This document shows, piece by piece, positions 9,919 through 17,670 of a stretch of 64,000 nt of DNA (position 1 is its first letter; each line of letters opens with the position of its first letter). The translations under genes and the position numbers were made by a program. The DNA lies in the NCBI GenBank assembly GCA_965219445.1, contig CBDCNQ010000004.1, forward strand, positions 352,001 through 416,000, given 5' to 3'. The notes under the pieces were generated by a model, which did not search any database, was not told the origin of the DNA, and saw nothing but the letters and a program-made list of their open reading frames with translations. This DNA is from Longimicrobiales bacterium (lineage in GTDB: Bacteria > Gemmatimonadota > Gemmatimonadetes > Longimicrobiales > Gaopeijiaceae).

Positions 9919-10074
9919 AGCTTGGGATCTGAACCGAGAGGAGTTCGGGAGATATTGGGTCACGGATCCGATGCCGTGTTGTCTTGCTCAGAGATGGCTC
10001 CGCGGCGGATGGCCCTCGAAACCCAGAAACCCGAGATGGAGGACTGTAATCGCAAGTAGCCGAGGGCCGCACTG

Positions 10075-11247
10075 ATGGGAGACCTGGGGATCGTTCTCCT
10101 CGGCGTTGGGGCAGGGCTATTCGCCTACACTTACGTCCTCTATCCGGGGCTCCTGAGAGTCTTGGGTACCGGCAAGGCACGCCTTGGCCCCCTTGTGGAC
10201 TCTGACGATTGGCCGACCCTGAGCATCTCGCTTCCCGCCTACAACGAGGAGCACCAGATCGCAGAGACACTCGAGAGCCTGTTGTCTCTGAATTATCCAA
10301 GAGACCGTATACAAATCTTGGTGGTTTCGGATGCTTCCACGGACAAAACAGACGATATCGTGCGGGCATACGGGGACCGTGGAGTGGAACTCCTCCGTCT
10401 CCCGGAGCGTCGAGGAAAAGGGGCCGCGGAGACGGCCGCAACGCCACACCTCACGGGTGAGATCGTTGTCAATACGGACGCATCGATCCGCATCGTCCCC
10501 GACGCGTTGAAGCCCCTGATCCGACAGTTCTCCGACCGTGAAGTGGGCTTGGCATCCGGTCGGGATATCAGCGTGGCCCCAGGCGTGGAAAACGCGAACA
10601 AGGGTGAGTCGAAATATGTGGGATACGAAATGGCGATCCGTAACCTGGAAACTCGGGTGGGGAGTATCGTAGGAGCTTCCGGGTGCTTCTATGCTATCCG
10701 GCACCATCTACATCGGTCACCGTTGCCCGTCCCTTTGAGTCGGGACTTCGCCGCTGCTCTTCTCTGCCGCGAGCGGGGTTATCGTGCCGTCTCGGTCCCT
10801 GAGGCGATCTGCTTTGTGCCGAGGGCTGCGTCACTAAGCCAGGAGTACCGTCGCAAGGTACGGACCATCACGCGTGGCCTGTGGACGCTGCTCCACAAGC
10901 GGAGCCTGATGAACCCATTCCGGTACGGGCTGTTCGCGTGGATGCTCTTCAGCCACAAAGTGTGCCGGTGGCTTGTGCCTTGGGCGGGTGTGACCGCCCT
11001 GGTCGGACTCGCTCTGATGACTCCCAGCATACCCTGGGCCCGCCTAGGCCTTCTGGTTGCGGGCGCCGGCCTCTTGTTGGGATCTGTCGGTTGGCTGGCG
11101 TCAGACCGGCGAAATCTTCCCTGGATTCTCGAATTTCCCGCCTTCGGCCTCATCGGAAATGTAGCCGCGATGCACGCGGTGCTACGGGTGATGAGGGGAG
11201 AAACGTACGCGCTGTGGGATCCGACGCGGAGAGCTTCGGTTCTCTAG
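10075..11247 (+). CDS. glycosyltransferase family 2
   Basis: PAYNEE, SDASTD, TDA, GASGCFYAIR, RRKVR; C-terminal TM helices. Confidence 0.92.
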   Translation: MGDLGIVLLGVGAGLFAYTYVLYPGLLRVLGTGKARLGPLVDSDDWPTLSISLPAYNEEHQIAETLESLLSLNYPRDRIQILVVSDASTDKTDDIVRAYGDRGVELLRLPERRGKGAAETAATPHLTGEIVVNTDASIRIVPDALKPLIRQFSDREVGLASGRDISVAPGVENANKGESKYVGYEMAIRNLETRVGSIVGASGCFYAIRHHLHRSPLPVPLSRDFAAALLCRERGYRAVSVPEAICFVPRAASLSQEYRRKVRTITRGLWTLLHKRSLMNPFRYGLFAWMLFSHKVCRWLVPWAGVTALVGLALMTPSIPWARLGLLVAGAGLLLGSVGWLASDRRNLPWILEFPAFGLIGNVAAMHAVLRVMRGETYALWDPTRRASVL

Positions 11248-12002
11248 ATCGCACCCCGCTTCATGACAACTACAGGGAGTGTCCGTGCCATGATCTCGAG
11301 ATCCAGAAGGGGGGAGCGGTTGCGGATGTACTCCAGGTCCAGATCTGCCTTCCTCCGCACATCGTCGATCGAGCGATCGTAATGGTGGCATACCTGGGCG
11401 AGCCCGGTGATTCCCGGAAGGACCTGCTGCCGGCCGGAAAGGTGGCGGACCTCACCGCGGAGTCGGACGAAAATATCCGGCTGTTCCGGACGCGGACCGA
11501 CCAGGTTCATGTCTCCGGTCAGCACGTTCCAGAACTGAGGGAGCTCATCAAGCCGATACTTCCGGAGGAACTTACCGACTCGCGTGATCCGCGCGTCGCC
11601 CTCCTCGGCCCAAACCTGGGAGGAGTCAGAGTCCGCTTGGACCATCGACCGGAACTTGTAGATGGTGAAGATCCGACCCCCATAGTCCTGGCTTCGGCGC
11701 GCCTCCTCCCGTCGGCTACGTAGTCCGCGCCGGTCCAGACCTACACGCGGCTGCATGAACAGGACCGGTCCTCGGGAGGTCAGCTTCACCACTACCGCAA
11801 CGGCCAGCATCAAGGGCGATAACACAGGTAGGACGACTAACGCTGCCAGCACGTTGAGAGCTCTGCACATGCCCTGGTTGAGGGCCGATCTCCCTTTCAG
11901 AGTCCGAGGTCGAACGAACTCCGGCTCCCGATAGTATAGCCTGAGACCATTCGGCAGGATGTCAACGCCCGTCGAAGCGCTCGTTTGAGTCTCTACCTGC
12001 AC
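11244..12002 (-). CDS. priming sugar transferase (Bac_transf)
   Basis: IYKFRSM, LDELPQFWNVL.GDMNLVGPRPE, PGITGLAQV. Confidence 0.93.
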   Translation of the reverse strand: MQVETQTSASTGVDILPNGLRLYYREPEFVRPRTLKGRSALNQGMCRALNVLAALVVLPVLSPLMLAVAVVVKLTSRGPVLFMQPRVGLDRRGLRSRREEARRSQDYGGRIFTIYKFRSMVQADSDSSQVWAEEGDARITRVGKFLRKYRLDELPQFWNVLTGDMNLVGPRPEQPDIFVRLRGEVRHLSGRQQVLPGITGLAQVCHHYDRSIDDVRRKADLDLEYIRNRSPLLDLEIMARTLPVVVMKRGAI

Positions 12003-12101
12003 CTAGCCTCTGTGCTCCACTCGAGGTCTCTGCCTGCAATCCGCTTAAGACGGCGAGATGCAAGATGCGTTCACAGATCGTGGCCCTACTTCACGATTAC
12101 C

Positions 12102-12842
12102 TTAAACCCTATGACAGCAATTATTTACGTGACTGGACATTCGATCCAACGGGGAGTGCGTGCGGACCGACGTGTCGTGAAGAGAAAAGGCGACTGCCTC
12201 ATCGTACTGACGGGAGGCCTCCTCTTGGGCAATAGTCATCAGGTCGTTGGAGACTCCTGCTAACCCCAACGCAGCAGAATAGATGAGGCCAAGCTGGCTT
12301 TTTTGCAGCTCGGTGAGACTTCCGCTCTGCCCATTCCGCAACGCCTCGGCAAGGAAAAGGATCGAGGTGAGAGGCGACCGCAGATCGTGAGCCACTTCAG
12401 CCACGAGTCGAAATGCGTTGGTTTCCGGCATTAGGGGCTCGAAGCCCTCGATGGCCGGTGCTTCGGCGAGGAGATCTATCGAGTGCAGCAATGCGAGAAC
12501 TCGATCCTGGTCGACGATTGGGTCCTCACGGTGCCATTGCTCGAGGAGACTCCTCCGAATCGCCGCAAGCAGGCGTACGTCGGTGTGCTCCAACGTCTCT
12601 TGCCCTTCACCATCCTCATACAGGACTCGGCCATCGCCGACCCGGTCCAGACGTATTGCGATGCGCATCAGTGCGTGGTCTATGGAGGATTCGCCGTCGG
12701 ACCCATTGGTCCAGTGGGGAGCCCACTCGGCAGATACCTCCCGAAGCGCCGTCTGGAGAGCGGGGCAGAACACCGCGGCAAACGGGTCGCTCGACCGGCG
12801 CTCGTCGACCGGATTCAGACCGGATGCGTCTGCGAGCATCAA
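12102..12842 (-). pseudogene. sensor histidine kinase, truncated (HisKA present, HATPase missing)
   Basis: AHDLRSPLTSI H-box; frame degenerates after FSLHDT with no N/G boxes. Confidence 0.75.
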
Positions 12843-13434
12843 TCCGGCTCCGGCAGTAGGGTGGTGCGGTGGGTTCCGTGCTTCTCCATGAGTCGATAGA
12901 GCGTCGTCCGGTCTACACCCGCATGCCGAGCCGCGTTGGAGATGTTTCCACCCGCCTGCTTGACAGCGTGCTCCAGATACGCCCGCTCGAAATCCGCCAG
13001 AATCAACTCACGGGCCTCATGGTAGCCCTTGTTCAGGTGGGACGACATGGGAGCGAATGCAGCTTCGGGCGAGACACCCTCACCCTCGAAGAAGGGGATC
13101 TCGTCGGGTCCGAGTTGTTGCCCGGGAGGTCGCAGCACTGAGATGCATTCGATGATGTTTCGCAGTTCTCTCACGTTGCCGAGCCAGGGACGGGCACGTA
13201 GTGACGCGAGGCCTTCGGGCGTAAAGATAGGGCGATCGAGTTCCTTCCCACGGTGTCGAATCCAGAACTCATCCAGAAAGGATTCGGCCAACGTCTCGAT
13301 GTCGTCTGGGCGCTCCCTGAGTGGCGGTATGTGAATCGGGAAGACCCGGAGCCGGTAATACAGATCTCCCCGCAGGCGCTTTTCTTTGAGCGCCTCAGTG
13401 GCGTCTTCGTTCGTGGACGAGATGAATCGTACTT
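12839..13434 (-). pseudogene. sigma-54-dependent response regulator, C-terminal part (end of AAA+ domain plus Fis HTH)
   Basis: VRFISSTN, DLYYRL, PPLRER, W.GNVREL, AARHAGVDRTTLYR. Confidence 0.9.
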
Positions 13435-13463
13435 GAGGTTGGGTCAATAGGTGTGTAAATGTT

Positions 13464-14708
13464 TCAGGCGGCGTTTTTCCGCTGTTGGGTTGAGACGGGC
13501 TTTCCGTCTTCGAACTTTCTTCCTTCAAATACGTCCTTGAGGAGGTGAGGAGCGTCGAGCCTTCTGAAGCGCTTCTCCGCCACCAAGAGCAGCTTCCAGA
13601 TCAGCGCCGTAGCGCTCTCGACCCGCTTGAAGCGCTTCGCCGCCGTTGTCCTGAGCCGTACTGCGGCAAAGGGGCTCTCGACCACGTTCGTCGTGCGTAG
13701 ATGCTTCCAGTGGTCCTCGGGGAAGTCGTAGAACGCCACCATCCGCTCCCAGTCGTCCTCGAGTACATCCACCGCCTTCGGATACCACGGTCTGTAGCGC
13801 CTGGCGAACGCCTCACGGGCCTTCAGCGCCTCGGACCGCCTCGGTGCGTAGACCACGGTCCTGAGAAGGTCCTTCGCCTCGCTCTGCTCCCGCTGAGGCA
13901 GCCGGTCCAGCACGTTCCTCATCTTGTGGTTCCAGCACCGTTGCTCGCCCGCCTCAGGCCATACCTGCCGTACTGCGCCCCAGATCGCCGCGTTGCCGTC
14001 CGCCATCAAAAGCCGGGGCGCCTCGATGCCGCGTGCCTTCAGATCCCGCAACACCTCGGACCAGGACTCGACCGACTCTCGGTAGCCCGATCTCAGGGCC
14101 AACACCTCCTTCGTACCATCTCGCATCGCACCGAGAACCACCAGCAGCGCTGCCTTGTCCCGCTCGAGCCCCGCCTTCACGTAGATCCCGTCCGCCCAGA
14201 CGTAGACGACCTCACGGTCGGCCAGCGAGCGCTTCGACCATTCCTCGAATTTCCTTGTCCATCCCGCCCGCAGCCGCCAAATCGAAGACTTCGACAACGG
14301 GGCCCCCTCGCCCAGCAGGCCCCGCATCGCCAGCTCGAAGTCTCCCTCCGCCAGCCCGTGCAGATACAGCTCCGGAAGCAGAGCACCCACCTCCTTCGTC
14401 CGTCGTGCGAACAACGGCAACACCCGACTCTCGAACCGCTCCTCAATGCCTCGAACCCGGGGCCGTCGGAGCATGATCGTGCCCGAGCTCATCGCCAGCC
14501 GCCGAGCCTTGCCGTAGCCGTTGCGGTAGCCTGGCGCCGGGTCTACGACCGTCTTCCGCTCCGACTTCTCCCGGCCGAGCAACTCCGTCACTTCCTCCTC
14601 CAGAATCCGCTGGACCATCTCCTGGGCCTTCTCACGAACCAGCGCTTCCAAGCACTCCCACGTCGGCGTGCTGGACTCACTCTCGGGTCCCACCATATTC
14701 TTCCTCAC
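13464..14708 (-). CDS. IS256-family (Mutator) transposase
   Basis: YRNGY, YVWADG, ADG, QRCWNHK, LRTTNVVES. Confidence 0.95.
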   Translation of the reverse strand: MRKNMVGPESESSTPTWECLEALVREKAQEMVQRILEEEVTELLGREKSERKTVVDPAPGYRNGYGKARRLAMSSGTIMLRRPRVRGIEERFESRVLPLFARRTKEVGALLPELYLHGLAEGDFELAMRGLLGEGAPLSKSSIWRLRAGWTRKFEEWSKRSLADREVVYVWADGIYVKAGLERDKAALLVVLGAMRDGTKEVLALRSGYRESVESWSEVLRDLKARGIEAPRLLMADGNAAIWGAVRQVWPEAGEQRCWNHKMRNVLDRLPQREQSEAKDLLRTVVYAPRRSEALKAREAFARRYRPWYPKAVDVLEDDWERMVAFYDFPEDHWKHLRTTNVVESPFAAVRLRTTAAKRFKRVESATALIWKLLLVAEKRFRRLDAPHLLKDVFEGRKFEDGKPVSTQQRKNAA

Positions 14709-14924
14709 GAGGCATCGTTCCTTTCCCCCGGGCGCTCACCCGGGATTCGCTGGTTAACTTCTTACTACCTAGCGGAAAGGTACGTCGCCTCTTTTTTTAC
14801 ACACCCTTCTATGGGGCTGGCGGTCAAGACGCACCTTCCCCACGCGCCGTCGGCTCATTTTTTGACCGTCGGCGTCCGCATGGTTTGGATTGCCCGGTCG
14901 ACGACTCAGGGTGGGGAGGGGTGC

Positions 14925-15120
14925 GCTCGCAGGGTCCGCATCGCAGTCCGGAAGACGTTCACAGCCGTCGCGTTCTCCGCTCTGGAGCGGGAACCATCCT
15001 TCTATCTGGGACTCTGTGGCCCATCGCTTCGTTCGGCTCTCCAGGGGTGCATAGCCTTTGAGTGGGGGCTTGGGCTCTCTGCCCCGGCCCACGGTGTGTA
15101 TGGATGCTGTCCCCTGTAAC
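14925..15120 (-). ncRNA. putative bridge/seek RNA of the IS110/IS1111 element
   Basis: Two stem-closed loops carrying target guides (UACACACC, UCAAAGG) and donor guides (AUAGAAGG, GAUGC); boundaries approximate. Confidence 0.75.
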
Positions 15121-15193
15121 CGGTTCGCTTCCGTTTCGTCGGACCCCATGTTGTGACCGCTTTCGACCCCACGCTCGCCGATCCCAGGCCGGT

Positions 15194-16249
15194 TTACTCC
15201 GTCGCTTCCAGTCTCTTGGGGTCGTACGCTTCGCCCGTGCGCCACACCGCTAGCACGATCGAGGCGAGCTGACGCGCGATCGTCAGCTTCGCCAGATTCG
15301 GCTTCGTGCCCCCCTCCAGGAGTCGCTCGTAGTGGCGGTACAAGGGTTCGTTTTCGGCCCGACCGATCACCGTCGTCGCCGCGCCCTTGAACACACGCTT
15401 CAGCGTGTGGTTGAAGTTCCGATTCAGCCCCCGCGTCTGCTGTACCGGTTCCCTTACCCACCGCCCACCCGGACCCCGCACCCAGTCCGACGAGCTCCGC
15501 ATCACGACGCCCAGTCCGCAGTACGCCCAGAACCTGCTCCGGCTCTGGAACCGGTACGGCGTCACCACCACCGGCAGGAGCTCCGCCGTCCGGATCGGAC
15601 CCAGACCCGGGCACGTCTTCAGCACATGCCACTCTCGATGCTTGCGTGCTTCCGCCAGCAAGGCCTTCTCGGCCTTCGCCCTCAATGCCACGAGTGCGTC
15701 GTGCTCCTCGTACAGCAACCCGGCCGTCGTCCTGCTCGCTTCCGGCAGCTTGGCCAACCACTCCTCCCGGTCGCGCTTTAAGTAGACCGAGCGCCCCGCG
15801 CCGTAGGCCACTCCTCTCGAGCGCAGCACGCTCTTGAGCCGGTTCTTCACCCGCACCGTGTCGCCGACCAGGAAGTCGTAGCTCTTCGCCCGTTCCCCCA
15901 GCCGCCTGAACTGGCCCCGGTTCTTGTAGACCCTCGTCTCCAGTGATCCGATCCGCAGCTTCTCCGCCAGGGCAAACGCGTCCAGCTTGTCGGTCTTCGG
16001 GCCCCGGCTCTTGCCGACCCCCGCCACCGTTAGCTCCTCCACGTGCGGCTCCAGCACCTCGTACAGCCACCCCGACAGCGTCCCTTCTTCCAGGCACAAG
16101 TGCCGGTTCCTCGGAATCCCTCGCAGCACCTCGATCAGCGCCCGCGCGTTCGTCTCCACCACCTGCGAGCCCAAGCGCTTGCCGCTGGGGCCTACAATCC
16201 CCAGCGTGCAGCTCGACGCGTGTGCGTCGAGTCCGATATATCTCTCCAT
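15194..16249 (-). CDS. IS110-family DEDD transposase/recombinase
   Basis: YIGLD, LEEG, KTDKLDA (DEDD), PGLGP, GLG..MRSSS with catalytic serine; ATG at 16249 after AGGAG. Confidence 0.95.
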   Translation of the reverse strand: MERYIGLDAHASSCTLGIVGPSGKRLGSQVVETNARALIEVLRGIPRNRHLCLEEGTLSGWLYEVLEPHVEELTVAGVGKSRGPKTDKLDAFALAEKLRIGSLETRVYKNRGQFRRLGERAKSYDFLVGDTVRVKNRLKSVLRSRGVAYGAGRSVYLKRDREEWLAKLPEASRTTAGLLYEEHDALVALRAKAEKALLAEARKHREWHVLKTCPGLGPIRTAELLPVVVTPYRFQSRSRFWAYCGLGVVMRSSSDWVRGPGGRWVREPVQQTRGLNRNFNHTLKRVFKGAATTVIGRAENEPLYRHYERLLEGGTKPNLAKLTIARQLASIVLAVWRTGEAYDPKRLEATE

Positions 16250-16410
16250 CGGCGTTCTCCTCTTGGATAGGTGGGTTGCTTCCTTGCGCGAACAATGATG
16301 AACGCGCACCCGCTCCCGGAGGAGAACGCCTCTTCGTCTTCGGGCTGCTTCGCTGCTGATCGGTACCGGTAGCCGTCGCCATGCCCCTATGATGCCTTTG
16401 ATCCTAGCTC

Positions 16411-17322
16411 TCGTACTTCGGCCAGGACGTCAGTGTCGGTGCTCCCCACACGGCGGATAACCCCATCTTGGATGACCCTGAGAAGCTTGGCCTGAGTGGG
16501 CATCGGCATCTGGGTGAGCTCATCCAGGAAAAGGGTCCCGCCGCTGGCTATCTCCATCAGACCCTTCTTGTCGCTCACCGCGCCCGTGAATGAGCCAGCG
16601 ACGTGTCCGAACATCTCCGACTCCACCAGATTGTCGGGGACGGCGGCACAGTTGATCGACACCATCGACCGACTGCTTCTCCGGCTGTTCTGGTGGATGA
16701 ATTGCGCGATCAACTCTTTGCCCGTGCCGCTCTCGCCGCTGAGGAACACAGTGGCATTCGTACGTGCGACGCTCCTGGCCATGTCGACAACCCGCCCAAG
16801 AGCAGCCGATTGACCAAGAATAGGGATCTCCGCGCCGTATCCCAATCCGGTCTCGTGGCTCTGGTACTGCTTGTCGCTCTCTCTCGACACGACGATCGCG
16901 TGCGCGGCCCGCCCCATGAGAATGTGGAGATGGGTAGCCGAAAAGGGCTTCGGGATATAGTCCCAAGCCCCCAGACGAAGGGCCTCGAGGCTGGTCTCCA
17001 CCGACGGCTTCCCGGTCATCATGACGACCAAGCACTCTTCGTCCTTCTCCACCGCAGCGTTCAGGAGATCCATTCCCGAGACGTCTCGCATGTAGAGGTC
17101 GAGCAGAACGATCTCAAAATGACGACGACGAATGAAGTCGAGAGCCTCCTCTCCGCCCGCCGTTACTGGAAACCCTTCGGCACGAAGCAAGGACGCACAA
17201 CTCTCGCGGAGGCTGTGGTCGTCGTCGACCACGAGTACGGGCATGGTCGATTTTACGTCGGTCTCGACGATCGTCGGGGGCCTCTCGCTGCCAGGCGTCC
17301 CTGTGGCTTCGGACGTCTTCAA
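16411..17322 (-). pseudogene. sigma-54-dependent response regulator, N-terminal part (REC plus AAA+)
   Basis: VLVVDDD, LLDL, GESGTGKE, ESEMFGH, GSFTGA, LFLDE, QAKLLRV; ends at the IS256 TSD. Confidence 0.92.
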
Positions 17323-17670
17323 GCTCGCCGGTCCCTCAGGTAGATGCCGCGGTTACAGTTGCGGAGACACGGATTCATACTCGATCCTCATTTGGGGCCT
17401 CGCCATTCAGGGGCAGTAAACATACGTTGCTGGAGGTACGCCGCAACGCACCTGTGGACTTCATGCAACGGTTCGTGTGTGGAGGTGCCATGAATCAAGC
17501 GGGGGGTAGGAGCCGAATCCCCAGTGTTTGCAAGTGTTTGCAAGAGTTTCGGTGAGTTCTTATTCTCCCGGAACATGTCGGTATCGGTCGTGCTGTGCTT
17601 CGGCTCTCGAGGGCTCACACGGCCATTCTGGGACAATCGATTCGTTGAGTAAATATGAACAAATGTTTGA

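Larger units (their letters stand above)
14805..16398 (-). mobile_element. IS110/IS1111-type element inserted in the IS256 terminal IR
   Basis: Shared core CCTT at 14805-14808 and 16395-16398; removing the element restores the IS256 IR; imperfect subterminal IR (GGGGC-TGGCG / GGGGCATGGCG); 385-bp non-coding region 3' of the transposase. Confidence 0.88.
13435..16410 (-). mobile_element. IS256-family element (about 1.39 kb without its nested insertion), 8-bp TSD TCGTACTT
   Basis: TSD at 13427-13434 and 16411-16418; IR GAGGTTGGGTCAATAGGTGTGTAAA at 13435-13459 versus reconstructed opposite IR GAGCTAGGATCAAAGGGTGTGTAAA (20/25 identical). Confidence 0.9.

Noticed and set aside
12059..12074. Sigma-54-like motif upstream of the sugar transferase (minus strand GTGAACGCATCTTGCA)
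   Set aside because: Lacks the invariant GG at -24.
13701..15119. 472-aa ORF antisense to the IS256 transposase
   Set aside because: Shadow ORF opposite a well-supported gene.
14769..16382. 537-aa ORF overlapping the IS110 transposase in another frame
   Set aside because: Low-complexity Gly/Ala/Arg translation typical of GC-rich shadow frames; no recognisable motifs.
13435..16410. Composite transposon formed by two adjacent IS elements
   Set aside because: The TSD and split IR show nesting of one element in the end of the other, with no cargo.
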